Assembly: GCA_028277765.1 (NCBI GenBank)
Contig: JANQFQ010000126.1
Span: forward strand, 30,165 to 94,164
Source of the DNA: Desulfobacterales bacterium
GTDB taxonomy: Bacteria; Desulfobacterota; Desulfobacteria; Desulfobacterales; SURF-7
Direction of reading: 5' to 3'
Length of the DNA: 64,000 nucleotides
The notes under the pieces are model-generated. The model was not told the origin of the DNA. It ran no database searches and saw only the letters and a list, made by a program, of their open reading frames with translations. Shown one piece after another: positions 30,785-41,994 of this stretch; within the stretch, counting starts at the first letter, position 1; each line of letters begins with the position of its first letter. The position numbers were made by a program, and so were the translations under genes.

Positions 30785-32238
30785 CCGTTAAAATATATAA
30801 TACACTGAATAGGCAAAAGGAAGACTTTATCCCGATAGAGCAAGGTAAGGTAAAAATGTATGTATGCGGGCCGACTGTTTATGATTCTTGTCATATCGGC
30901 CATGCCCGGTCAGTTGTTGTATTTGACGTGATTGTTCGTTATCTCAGGGCAGTCGGTTATGATGTAACATATGTCAGAAATTTTACAGATGTTGATGATA
31001 AAATCATCAAACGTGCCAATGAACTCAACGTGGATTCAACAGAGATTGCAGAAAAATATATTAAAGAGTTCCATGAAGATATGGATGCATTGAATGTAAA
31101 AAGGGCAGATATCGAGCCTAAAGCCACAGAACACATACAGCAGATCATCAACGTAACAGAAACGCTGATAGATAAAAAAATGGCTTATGAAGTTGATGGA
31201 GATGTGTTTTTTACAGTTGAAACCTTTGATGGATACGGCAAGTTGTCGGGTCGCAAGCTGGATGACATGGAAGCAGGCGCGAGAATTGAAATTGATAAAC
31301 GGAAAAAGAATCCATTTGATTTTGTATTGTGGAAGTCCTCAAAACCTGATGAACCTTCCTGGGATAGTCCATGGGGTAAAGGTCGGCCTGGATGGCATAT
31401 TGAATGCTCAGCTATGAGCTCTGAATATCTCGGGAAGACTTTTGATATCCATGGCGGCGGGAAGGATCTGATATTTCCCCATCATGAGAATGAAATCGCT
31501 CAGTCCGAGGCGGCGTTTGACCGGCCTTTTGCGAAATTCTGGGTGCACAATGGATTCGTAAAAATCGATGATGAAAAAATTTCCAAGTCCCTTGGCAATG
31601 CCATTGTTATCAAGGATATACTTAAGGCGTATCATCCTGAAGCCTTACGTCTCTTCCTGCTCTCCAAACATTACAGGAGCCCTATTGACTTTACAGATCA
31701 AGCCATAGATGAGGCCACCTCCGGACTTGATAAGATGTATGCACTTCTTGATCGCATTGAATCCAATGAAAACGTTGGACCGGTTACTGATACAGCCCAA
31801 GATCAGGCAACAGGGAAATTATGGGAAAGCTTTTGTGATGCCATGAATGATGATTTTAATACTGCATTGGGAATAGGGCTTTTGTTTAATGCTGTGCGTG
31901 ACTTAAACCGTCTGCTTGATGAACAGACGGATTTACGGTCCGAAGATGCTATAATCAAGATACAGACAGAAAGAGCAGACATTCTTAAAATCGGTTCTAT
32001 TCTCGGCATACTTTCAGAAGTACCTTCTGAATATTTCAGCAATAAAAAATCCTCTGCTGTGAAAAATGCCGACATCAATCCTGACGAGATTGAACAGATG
32101 ATTTTAGAACGCGCAGAAGCCAGAAAAGCAAAGGATTTTTCAAGGGCAGACCAGATAAGAGATAAACTAGATGCCATGAACATTATTCTTGAGGACAAAC
32201 CTGAGGGCACGGTCTGGAAAATAAAAGACACAAAATAA
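30781..32238 (+). CDS. cysS: Cysteine--tRNA ligase
   Basis: [34 protein letters not shown] variant KISKS. Confidence 0.97.
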   Translation: MTVKIYNTLNRQKEDFIPIEQGKVKMYVCGPTVYDSCHIGHARSVVVFDVIVRYLRAVGYDVTYVRNFTDVDDKIIKRANELNVDSTEIAEKYIKEFHEDMDALNVKRADIEPKATEHIQQIINVTETLIDKKMAYEVDGDVFFTVETFDGYGKLSGRKLDDMEAGARIEIDKRKKNPFDFVLWKSSKPDEPSWDSPWGKGRPGWHIECSAMSSEYLGKTFDIHGGGKDLIFPHHENEIAQSEAAFDRPFAKFWVHNGFVKIDDEKISKSLGNAIVIKDILKAYHPEALRLFLLSKHYRSPIDFTDQAIDEATSGLDKMYALLDRIESNENVGPVTDTAQDQATGKLWESFCDAMNDDFNTALGIGLLFNAVRDLNRLLDEQTDLRSEDAIIKIQTERADILKIGSILGILSEVPSEYFSNKKSSAVKNADINPDEIEQMILERAEARKAKDFSRADQIRDKLDAMNIILEDKPEGTVWKIKDTK

Positions 32239-32285
32239 AATCTTCCGACACTTTAATTTATTAAAATGGTTACACGATATTTCTC

Positions 32286-34277
32286 ATGCCTTCCTTTAAG
32301 CTTGTAACAGACCTAAATCCAAAAGGCGATCAGCCGTCAGCAATAGAGAAATTAAGTCAAGGGATCACATCCAACAAGAAGCACCAAGTACTCCTTGGCG
32401 TTACAGGTTCCGGTAAAACATTTACAATGGCGCATGTCATACAGAGCGTTGAAAAACCTGTATTGGTTATTGCGCCGAATAAAACACTGGCTGCCCAGCT
32501 CTACAGTGAATTCAAAGCACTTTTCCCTGAAAACGCAGTGGAGTATTTTGTCAGTTATTATGACTACTATCAGCCGGAAGCATATATACCGACCAGCGAT
32601 ACATATATCCAGAAAGATTCTTCAATCAACGACATGATCGACAAGCTTCGCCATTCAGCAACAAGATCTGTGCTTTCACGAAGAGATGTCATCGTAGTTG
32701 CCAGTGTATCCTGCATTTTCGGTATTGGAGCGCCTGAGGATTACCTGGAAATGCGTGTTGAACTTGAAACTGAAATGGAGATACAGATGAATGACCTTTT
32801 TGCCCGGCTGGTTTCCATTCAATATGAACGGAATGATTATGATTTTCACAGGGGCACGTTCAGGGTCAGAGGAGACCGGGTCGATATCTTTCCTGCCCAT
32901 GAAGAGGAAAAGGCCGTCAGGATTGAGTTCTTCGGCGATTATATTGATACGCTATCAGAGATTGACCCCCTCAGGGGAAACAGGATTAATCAGAAAAGCA
33001 GGATAGTCATATACCCAGCAACTCATTATGTCACCCGTAAACAGACGCGCAAAAGAGCTGTTAACACAATTAAAGAAGAACTCAAAGAAAGGATCGATTA
33101 TTTCAGGGTGGAAAACAAGCTGCTTGAGGCGCAGCGAATAGAAGAAAGGACGAATTTTGACCTTGAGATGATGCTGGAAATTGGTTATTGCAACGGCATA
33201 GAAAATTATTCAAGACATTTAACAGGAAGAAATGCCGGTGACCCGCCACCCACGCTTATCGACTATTTCCCTGATGATTATCTTATGTTCATAGATGAAA
33301 GCCACATTGGCATTCCCCAGCTTCATGCCATGTTCAAAGGTGACCGTTCCCGCAAACAGACCCTTGTGGAATATGGTTTTAGGCTTCCCTCTGCCCTTGA
33401 TAACCGGCCGCTGACATTTGAAGAGTTTTCATCAAGAATATCTCAGATCGTGTATGTATCAGCAACACCGGCAGAACATGAACTAGCCAAGGCGGGGAAA
33501 AATATAGCTGAACAGATTGCCAGACCCACAGGACTTTTAGATCCTGTCATTCAGGTCATAGAAGCGGAGCATCAAGTTGATGACCTGCTTGAGCAGATTC
33601 AAAAACGGATAGAAAAAGACGAAAGAGTACTGGTAACAACGCTCACCAAGCGGATGGCCGAAGATCTAACGGATTATTACACCGATCTCGGTATCAGAGT
33701 CCGGTACCTGCACTCTGATATTAAAACCATGGAACGGATGGAGATCATCAATGACCTGAGAAAAGGGGAGTTTGATGTGCTGATCGGTATCAATCTCCTC
33801 CGTGAGGGGCTTGACATACCTGAGGTCTCCCTGGTAGCGATTTTAGACGCTGATAAGGAGGGGTTTCTACGGTCCGGCAGGTCTCTGATACAGACATGCG
33901 GTAGGGCGGCAAGGAACCTTAATGGCACGGTTATCATGTACGCGGACGATATGACAGCATCAATGCAAAAGGCGATTGATGAAACCAGCAGACGGCGGAA
34001 AATTCAGGAGAAATATAATAAAGCTTACAATATATCTCCGGAGACGATTATGAAGGGAATAACCCCTGTATTCGATTTTGTCACCAGCAACAGGAACGGC
34101 GAGAATCTTATTGCTGAAAGTATTGAGGAATATCTGGCTACCGACAATTTTGATGATGTGATCAGTACCTTGGAAAAAGAGATGAAAAAGGCGGCTGATG
34201 ACCTTGATTATGAAAGGGCTGCGGATATAAGGGACCGTATAAAGAAACTAAACAGTTTATTTCTGTTTGATTCCTGA
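32286..34277 (+). CDS. uvrB: Excinuclease ABC subunit B
   Basis: [37 protein letters not shown]-terminal UVR coiled coil. Confidence 0.98.
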   Translation: MPSFKLVTDLNPKGDQPSAIEKLSQGITSNKKHQVLLGVTGSGKTFTMAHVIQSVEKPVLVIAPNKTLAAQLYSEFKALFPENAVEYFVSYYDYYQPEAYIPTSDTYIQKDSSINDMIDKLRHSATRSVLSRRDVIVVASVSCIFGIGAPEDYLEMRVELETEMEIQMNDLFARLVSIQYERNDYDFHRGTFRVRGDRVDIFPAHEEEKAVRIEFFGDYIDTLSEIDPLRGNRINQKSRIVIYPATHYVTRKQTRKRAVNTIKEELKERIDYFRVENKLLEAQRIEERTNFDLEMMLEIGYCNGIENYSRHLTGRNAGDPPPTLIDYFPDDYLMFIDESHIGIPQLHAMFKGDRSRKQTLVEYGFRLPSALDNRPLTFEEFSSRISQIVYVSATPAEHELAKAGKNIAEQIARPTGLLDPVIQVIEAEHQVDDLLEQIQKRIEKDERVLVTTLTKRMAEDLTDYYTDLGIRVRYLHSDIKTMERMEIINDLRKGEFDVLIGINLLREGLDIPEVSLVAILDADKEGFLRSGRSLIQTCGRAARNLNGTVIMYADDMTASMQKAIDETSRRRKIQEKYNKAYNISPETIMKGITPVFDFVTSNRNGENLIAESIEEYLATDNFDDVISTLEKEMKKAADDLDYERAADIRDRIKKLNSLFLFDS

Positions 34278-34330
34278 AACAACAAATAGTAGCTAAAAAT
34301 GAATTATGACACAGCCTGATTAGGGACCTA

Positions 34331-36175
34331 ATGAAAAAAAGCCTTTCTGATCAGTTATCCAATGTATCAACCCGTCCGGGTGTATATCTGATGAAAAATA
34401 CCGGCGGGGACATCCTATACATTGGAAAGGCAGGCAACCTTAAAAAAAGGCTCTCTTCATATTTTGCCGTTTCAAAAAAAAGAAACACCCGATTTGATTC
34501 TAAAACCAGGTCATTATTAAAAAAGATATCATCATTTGATACGATCATAACATCGACGGAAAACGAAGCCCTTATTCTTGAGGCTGGTTTGATAAAACGG
34601 CATCAGCCGAAGTATAATGTCATTTTAAAGGACGGCAAGCGGTATCCATCTCTTCGGCTTGATATAAAAAACAATTATCCTACCCTGAGTATCGTTCGTA
34701 AAATCAGTAAGGACGGTTCCCTTTATTTTGGACCGTATTCTTCGGCATCATCTGTCCGACAGACAATGAAGACAATCAATAAAACCTTCATGTTGAGAAA
34801 ATGCAAAACAAGGGATTTCAAAAACCGTAGGCGTCCCTGCATTAACTTTCAAATGGGATACTGCCTTGGACCGTGCTGTAACGATGTCTCCCCGGACAGT
34901 TATGATGATATTGTAAAAGAAGTTACACTTTTTTTAAAGGGCAAGGGACAAGAGCTTTTAAAAAAAATAAAGAAGGAGATGCTGGCAGCGTCGGAAGTAT
35001 TTGAGTTTGAAAAAGCTTCCCAGCTACGCGACAGGATGTTTGCTATTACCCGTATCATGGAAAAACAGGCTGTGGCATCAAACGACTTTATCGACAGGGA
35101 TGTTATCAGTTACGCAGGGACTGACGATAACTATGTCATCACAATGCTGAACATACGTGGCGGCCTGCTTATAGGCACCCGTCATTTTGATGCTGGAGAA
35201 AGACTGTTCGGTGAAGCAGGAATGATCAGTGAATTTATAAGGCGGTATTATGAGAAGACCCATTTCATTCCAAAAGAGATTCTTGTTTGTGAACCTATTG
35301 AAGATGCGGAACTGATTGAAAAATGGCTGGGAGATATGGCTGGCAGGAAGGTGACCATAAAATGTCCGAAAAGAGGTGAAAAAGCCCGGCTTGTTAATAT
35401 GGCATTCCAGAACGCGAAAAATGAACATCAAAAACGATCAACAGCAGCAGCAGCCGGTTCTGATCTTCTGAAAAGACTTAAAAAACGTCTTAAGATGGAC
35501 AGGATTCCTGCTCGTATTGAGTGTTTTGACAACTCAAACCTGGCCGGTCAAGAGCCTGTTTCAAGCATGATTGTGTTTCATGACGGGAAACCAGCAAGAT
35601 CCTATTATAGGAAATTTATATTGAGAAATGCTGTTATACCTGATGACTACGCATTTATGTATGAAGTGCTGAAAAGGCGTTTCAGCAAAAAGAGAAGATC
35701 AACGCCACATCCAGATCTTCTTATTGTTGACGGCGGGAAAGGACAACTCAATATCGCTGTTTCCGTGCTGAAGGAACTCGGCCTTGAAAAGAAATTTGAA
35801 GTAATCGGTATCGCGAAAAAGGATGAAAAAAAGGCGGAAGAAGAGGATAAGGTTTTTAAACATGGGCGGGTAAACAGGATAAATTTTTCCAGAGAAAAAG
35901 ACCTGCTTCTTTTTATCCAGAAAATCAGGGATGAAGCTCACCGGTTTGCAGTCTCTTTTCACCGGAAAAGACGGACAAAAGCACTGCTTAAATCAGAGCT
36001 GGACGGCATCAGAGGGATCGGCAAAAAAAGGAAAATAGCGCTTTTAAAGCACTTTGGAAGCGTAAAAAAAATCCGGGCAGCAGCACTCAGTGAATTGAGT
36101 GCTGTGCCCGGGATGACCATCACCTCGGCAAAAGCCTTGCAGACTGCGCTTAAACGCAAAAGACGTTCAAACTAA
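34331..36175 (+). CDS. uvrC: Excinuclease ABC subunit C
   Basis: GIY-YIG (PGVYLM..YIGKA), Cys cluster, IECFDNS, VDGGKGQ, RDEAHRFA, HhH. Confidence 0.97.
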   Translation: MKKSLSDQLSNVSTRPGVYLMKNTGGDILYIGKAGNLKKRLSSYFAVSKKRNTRFDSKTRSLLKKISSFDTIITSTENEALILEAGLIKRHQPKYNVILKDGKRYPSLRLDIKNNYPTLSIVRKISKDGSLYFGPYSSASSVRQTMKTINKTFMLRKCKTRDFKNRRRPCINFQMGYCLGPCCNDVSPDSYDDIVKEVTLFLKGKGQELLKKIKKEMLAASEVFEFEKASQLRDRMFAITRIMEKQAVASNDFIDRDVISYAGTDDNYVITMLNIRGGLLIGTRHFDAGERLFGEAGMISEFIRRYYEKTHFIPKEILVCEPIEDAELIEKWLGDMAGRKVTIKCPKRGEKARLVNMAFQNAKNEHQKRSTAAAAGSDLLKRLKKRLKMDRIPARIECFDNSNLAGQEPVSSMIVFHDGKPARSYYRKFILRNAVIPDDYAFMYEVLKRRFSKKRRSTPHPDLLIVDGGKGQLNIAVSVLKELGLEKKFEVIGIAKKDEKKAEEEDKVFKHGRVNRINFSREKDLLLFIQKIRDEAHRFAVSFHRKRRTKALLKSELDGIRGIGKKRKIALLKHFGSVKKIRAAALSELSAVPGMTITSAKALQTALKRKRRSN

Positions 36176-36194
36176 GTCAAAAGGCATTTCCGTT

Positions 36195-37220
<1,026 letters not shown>

Positions 37221-37469
37221 TTAAACCTTTTTGACTAACATATAGAAAAAATAAATGCAAACAATACATGGTGTTAAACGGCAAATTTCCTCAAAATTAC
37301 TTATAAGATATATAACTAGCTATAATAACAATAATATTTGTTTGTATAGATAAAAATAAAATAAATATATATAATTAAATTTTTTCACAGATTTAACTGC
37401 TCTAGAGTATGTTGAAGCATTGTTTTTTACGTAAAATTCAAAAATATTTGTATTTAACTATTTCAAATA

Positions 37470-37498
37470 TTGACATAACCATTAAAAACAAATATAAA
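37470..37498 (+). promoter_or_regulatory. Putative sigma70 promoter of the TPR-mglA operon
   Basis: TTGACA, 17 bp spacer, TATAAA within a very AT-rich 480-bp intergenic region. Confidence 0.55.
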
Positions 37499-37610
37499 TA
37501 TTTGTTGCATCTTAATATTATTAATAAGATGTAAAAATTAATAATTAATAGTAATTAAACTTGTTTTGTTTCTCTTTCCATGTCTGATGTCATGACGAGG
37601 AAATAAACAG

Positions 37611-38510
37611 ATGGCAATAAATATAAAATCGCTTTTACAGCAGGCAGAGATATATCGTTCTCAAGGCCTTCTCCAGGATGCCGAAAAGAAATATCTTGAA
37701 GTCGCCACAGCTATAAAAAACAGTGATAATATTCAAAATAAGAATAAACTGCTAAAAGCTGTTAAAAAGAAACTATCTGCTGTTCGTAAAGATAATGAAG
37801 ATGTTGAAACAGCACCTACATCTCCGGAGATGTCATCTCATGTAAATGAGATGATTAAAAAACTTTTTTCATTTTCACATGACAAAACCAATGAGGAAGA
37901 AGCCGCCCTTGAAGGCGCCATCGCCCTGGCTAAATTCGGTCAGTTTGAAGGGGCGATTACTGAATTTAAGAAACTTCTGGAGAAAGAATCAGTAGGCGTT
38001 GCCGCAGCTAAAAACATCATCCGGTGCTTCATGACACTTGATTCAATAGACGCAGCGTCAACACAGATGTATGAATGGGAATCAAGCGATTATTTTTCTG
38101 CTGAGCAGATGGAAAAGATCCGAAGCTTTTTTGATGAAATGCTTGAGAAAAAAGGGATTAAGCGGGATCTTGCCGCATCTGATCTGCCTGAGGAAGAAGA
38201 GGCTGTTGAAGATGAAGAATTCCTTGATATCAGCGCTGTTGCAATAACTTTTGACAGCGGTCCTCATAAAGGGGAACAGGTTGAACTGGATGTCAGTTTT
38301 CAGTCTGGAAATATCATCAGCCTTATCATCTCTAGCAATGACGAGCATATGATAGAAAACCTTCAAGTTGGCGTTAAGCTTGAGGATATACACTTCTATT
38401 CTCCCATCGCCATTTTCAGGGGGACGGGAGTAGTTTCAGCAAAAACACAAATTAATTCAGGCCCTAAAAAGGGTGATTACAGTGTAGATATAAAAATTCA
38501 GAGTATTTAG
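37611..38510 (+). CDS. TPR-like protein with C-terminal beta-barrel (degenerate PilZ-like) domain
   Basis: TPR-like helices (AEIYRSQGLLQDAEKKY; ALAKFGQFEGAITEF), acidic linker, beta-rich C-terminus. Confidence 0.55.
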   Translation: MAINIKSLLQQAEIYRSQGLLQDAEKKYLEVATAIKNSDNIQNKNKLLKAVKKKLSAVRKDNEDVETAPTSPEMSSHVNEMIKKLFSFSHDKTNEEEAALEGAIALAKFGQFEGAITEFKKLLEKESVGVAAAKNIIRCFMTLDSIDAASTQMYEWESSDYFSAEQMEKIRSFFDEMLEKKGIKRDLAASDLPEEEEAVEDEEFLDISAVAITFDSGPHKGEQVELDVSFQSGNIISLIISSNDEHMIENLQVGVKLEDIHFYSPIAIFRGTGVVSAKTQINSGPKKGDYSVDIKIQSI

Positions 38511-38597
38511 CGATTGAAATACAACATTAATTTTTTGTTAATAACCGTGTTAGAACTGTACGGATAGATATACGGCCCTGGAACTGGATAGACATAT

Positions 38598-39212
38598 ATG
38601 GCAATTTTTAACATAAAAAAACGAGAAATTGAATGTAAAATTGTTTACTATGGGCCAGGCAGGTGTGGAAAGACTACCAATCTAGAATATATCTTTAAGT
38701 CCTATAAAAAGCAGGTTGAAGGTGAAATGGTTTCCATTAACACAGAAGGTGACCGTACCCTGTTTTTTGACTTTCTTCCTATGGAACTCGGAAAAATCAA
38801 AGGATGTGAAATACGCGTTCAGATGTTCACTGTTCCTGGTCAGGTACAGTACAGTTCTACCAGAAAACTCGTATTAAAAGGGGTTGATGGCATTATCTTT
38901 GTCGCTGATTCAATGGATGTCAGGCGTGAAAAAAATATGGAATCACTCAAAGATCTCCAGAAAAACTTAAAAGAATACGGTCTAAATATTTTCAAAATTC
39001 CACTGGTTCTTCAGTATAATAAAAGAGACCTTGCTGAACAGGGCATACCGATTATGTCTGTTGAACAAATGGAAAGAGACTTAAATCGGCAGCTGAAAGT
39101 CCCTGCATTTCCAGGAAGTGCGATGACGGGAAAAGGTGTTGGGAAAACACTTCAGGAATGTTTAAAACTAACCCTGAAGTCACTTCATAAACAGTTTAAC
39201 TGGGCGGAGTAA
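38598..39212 (+). CDS. mglA: MglA-family Ras-like small GTPase
   Basis: KIVYYGPGRCGKTTNL, DRTLFFDFLP, TVPGQ, LKGVDG..FVADS, QYNKRDL; closely parallels Myxococcus MglA. Confidence 0.92.
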   Translation: MAIFNIKKREIECKIVYYGPGRCGKTTNLEYIFKSYKKQVEGEMVSINTEGDRTLFFDFLPMELGKIKGCEIRVQMFTVPGQVQYSSTRKLVLKGVDGIIFVADSMDVRREKNMESLKDLQKNLKEYGLNIFKIPLVLQYNKRDLAEQGIPIMSVEQMERDLNRQLKVPAFPGSAMTGKGVGKTLQECLKLTLKSLHKQFNWAE

Positions 39213-39222
39213 CTAACGAATT

Positions 39223-40395
39223 ATGGGTATATCCCTTTCAGGTGATCTAAGTTATATGAGTTTAGGTGAACTGGTTCAGATCTTTGGTTCAAACGGCAGT
39301 ACAGGTATACTTCGTCTTATGAATAAGTACAATGATAATCTTGGTGAGGTTCACTTCTTTAACGGTAATCCTGTAAATGCCATATGCGACAAGAAACAAG
39401 GGAAGGATGCCCTCTATATGCTTTTTGGCTGGACTGAGGGTGAATTTGAGTTCAATCTTACAAATGTAAACGAAAAGGATTATATTAAAAAAAGCAGGAT
39501 GGAGATCATGCTTGAAGGTTCAAGGATGGTCGATGATGGTGTTATAGAAAAAGTAGGTCCTGTTTCATTTAAACGGGGGGATAAATCGACTGGCAATGCC
39601 CTCCCTGTTATTTCAGGTCCCCTTGTTGATTACATGTATGTGGTTGATGAAGAAGACTATAAAGACGGGCAGGAAATTATTAAACAGGGAAAACACGGGA
39701 ACTGGAACTGGGTTGTTCTTGATGGGATCGTTGAAATTCGCAAGGAGACTCCTAAAGGCCCGATTCCTATTCTCAGAGTTGGTAATGGTTCATTCGTGGG
39801 AAGTATAGCAGGGCTGCTAACAAAAAATAACGTTCGTAGCGCGTCCGTGGTCGCCGACGGTGATGTCCAGCTCGGGGTCGTGGATTCTCAGCGGCTTTCA
39901 ATGGAATACGCCCGTTTATCACGTGAATTTAAAAATATCATTCTAAGCCTTGATAAAAGGGTTAAGCAGATTACAAATAAGCTTGTTGAAATAGAGCTTA
40001 TGATAAAAACGGATGACTCCAACATCACAAAAGGAAAAGAAATAATAATAAAACAGGGTTCCAACAAAAAAGACGCCTTTATCGTTACAGATGGTAGAGC
40101 ATTTGTAATAAGAAAAACAGACAGTGGTTATGTGCTTCTCGCTACACTTGAAGAAGGAGATTTTTTCGGTTCTATCCCTTTTCTTAACCTTGGGCAGGAA
40201 CCGGATTCAGCGCATGTGATAGCGCCGAAAGGCCAGTTGGTACACGATGTTGTAGACTGTGACCTTCTTCAAAGTGAACACGATAAGCTCTCAGCGACAT
40301 TTAAGAACATGATAGAAAATACTGCGATATTTCTATCAGCAACGACGACGCTATCATGTACGCCCAAAAAAAAGAAAAAAAAGGGGAAAAAATAG
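39223..40395 (+). CDS. DUF4388 (PatA_N-like) domain + two cNMP-binding-like domains
   Basis: LSGDL..MSLGELVQ..TGILRL..GEVHF..G..WTEGEFEF N-domain; two cNMP-fold segments (IIKQG..VVLDG.V..RSASVVA; IIKQG..IVTDG..LEEGDFFG). Confidence 0.8.
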   Translation: MGISLSGDLSYMSLGELVQIFGSNGSTGILRLMNKYNDNLGEVHFFNGNPVNAICDKKQGKDALYMLFGWTEGEFEFNLTNVNEKDYIKKSRMEIMLEGSRMVDDGVIEKVGPVSFKRGDKSTGNALPVISGPLVDYMYVVDEEDYKDGQEIIKQGKHGNWNWVVLDGIVEIRKETPKGPIPILRVGNGSFVGSIAGLLTKNNVRSASVVADGDVQLGVVDSQRLSMEYARLSREFKNIILSLDKRVKQITNKLVEIELMIKTDDSNITKGKEIIIKQGSNKKDAFIVTDGRAFVIRKTDSGYVLLATLEEGDFFGSIPFLNLGQEPDSAHVIAPKGQLVHDVVDCDLLQSEHDKLSATFKNMIENTAIFLSATTTLSCTPKKKKKKGKK

Positions 40396-40413
40396 TTTTT
40401 TTGTAATATCATT

Positions 40414-40782
40414 ATGCCGTTTAAAGAGAGAAAACATAACAGGATAGAATCATTCAAGCTGATTTCCTATACCTGTATAGACGAGAATAACAATGTGGTC
40501 AGTCAGGGAATGGGAAGAACGTTAAATGTAAGCGAGGGAGGTATTCTTCTTGAAACACACGTTCTTGTTGCTGTTGGCACTATAGTATCACTCGCGATCG
40601 GTCTTGAGGATGATCTTGTGAATTTGTCTGGCAAGGTAATGCACAATAAACCGGGTAAAAAAGGAATGTTTGAAGCAGGTATAGAATTCCAACCAATACC
40701 TGATCAGAAAACCGTCCGGGTTCTGAATAAATATATCCAAGCGTTTAAATCACAAATGAAAGGAGATGATTCTGATCAATAG
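40414..40782 (+). CDS. Stand-alone PilZ domain protein
   Basis: RxxxR (RKHNR) and NxSxxG (NVSEGG) c-di-GMP motifs; GIEF. Confidence 0.85.
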   Translation: MPFKERKHNRIESFKLISYTCIDENNNVVSQGMGRTLNVSEGGILLETHVLVAVGTIVSLAIGLEDDLVNLSGKVMHNKPGKKGMFEAGIEFQPIPDQKTVRVLNKYIQAFKSQMKGDDSDQ

Positions 40783-40905
40783 ACGTCATCTCTGTTATTG
40801 ATGTTAACCACACCAACTAATTGTTTTATTCATGAAAATGCATCTCTTATCTTTCATATCGACTTACAAATACAGGAATTGGTATCTCTTATACCAGTAA
40901 AGAGA

Positions 40906-41856
40906 ATGCATTTCGATATTCAAAAAGTTGATTTGTCGAGTATAGATTTACACGACTATACATTTCACATCACTTCCAGAACAGATCATCAGGATATAAA
41001 ACAGTCGATCGCAGACATCGGTTTAATAAACGCTCCCATATTATCACGCAGGGAATCTAGATATATTGTTATCAGCGGGTTCAGACGTATCAACGCATGC
41101 AGTGCGTTAAACATGACAAGCGCAAGCTGCAGAATTGTTACGCCAGATACCAGTATGCATGACTGTGCGAAACTGGCTGTTTCAGAGAATTCATTTCAGC
41201 GCGAGCTCAATCTTGTTGAACAATCCCGTGCCCTAAATTTGCTCACTGAATTTATAAAAGATCAAACAGATACCGCGGTTGAAGCTGCCAGTCTGAACCT
41301 GCCGGGAAATTATTCTCTAATAAATAAAATTAAAAAAATCACCTTGCTCCCTGATCAGATTCAGGAGGGGCTTCTGAACGGTTCCATCTCACTTTCTGTT
41401 ATCCTTGAGATAGAAGAGATGGAAAGGGATGAGGGGATGAAGTTTGCGGAAATCTTTAACAGCCTTAAATTGAGCCTGAACAAGCAGAGAGAAATTATTA
41501 CCCTGGTAAAAGATATCGCTTTCAGAGAAGATACAGGTATTTTGGAGGTACTGGAAAATGATGATATAAGCGATATATTGAATAACAATGATGACAGGAA
41601 TCAGAAAAGCCGTGAATTAAGACTCTTTTTAAAGCAATGGCGGTATCCTTCCTTATCAGAAGCAGAGGCTCATTTTGATCAATGTGTTAAAGAGCTGAAG
41701 CCGGGTACCGGTATCAAGCTGATTCCCCCTAAGTATTTTGAAGGCCCTGATTATTCCCTTCATGTCAATTTCAGGGATGTTGAGGAGCTTGAAGAACGTA
41801 AAGCCGCACTTGATAAAATGATCAAAAGTCCAGCATTAAAAAAAATTTTAGAATAG
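40906..41856 (+). CDS. ParB/Srx-like N-terminal domain protein
   Basis: SIADIGLINAPIL, VISGFRR (GxRR box), EN.FQRELNLVE, helical/HTH-like region; ATG 40906 preferred over TTG 40798. Confidence 0.8.
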   Translation: MHFDIQKVDLSSIDLHDYTFHITSRTDHQDIKQSIADIGLINAPILSRRESRYIVISGFRRINACSALNMTSASCRIVTPDTSMHDCAKLAVSENSFQRELNLVEQSRALNLLTEFIKDQTDTAVEAASLNLPGNYSLINKIKKITLLPDQIQEGLLNGSISLSVILEIEEMERDEGMKFAEIFNSLKLSLNKQREIITLVKDIAFREDTGILEVLENDDISDILNNNDDRNQKSRELRLFLKQWRYPSLSEAEAHFDQCVKELKPGTGIKLIPPKYFEGPDYSLHVNFRDVEELEERKAALDKMIKSPALKKILE

Positions 41857-41900
41857 ATTGAGGGAAACTAATACTGTTTTTTTTTCTTAGCTGTTATCAT

Positions 41901-41977
41901 CCAGCATCTAGCATCCAGCATCTAGCATCCAGTATCCAGTAACCAGTAACCAGTATCTAGCATCTAGTAACCAGTAT
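41901..41977. repeat. Tandem heptamer array C(C/T)AG(C/T)A(T/A) x11
   Basis: ccagcat ctagcat ccagcat ctagcat ccagtat ccagtaa ccagtaa ccagtat ctagcat ctagtaa ccagtat. Confidence 0.95.
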
Positions 41978-41994
41978 AATTAAAAGGCAAGACC

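Noticed and set aside
41901..41977. CRISPR array
   Set aside because: 7-bp units without unique spacers; no cas genes in the window
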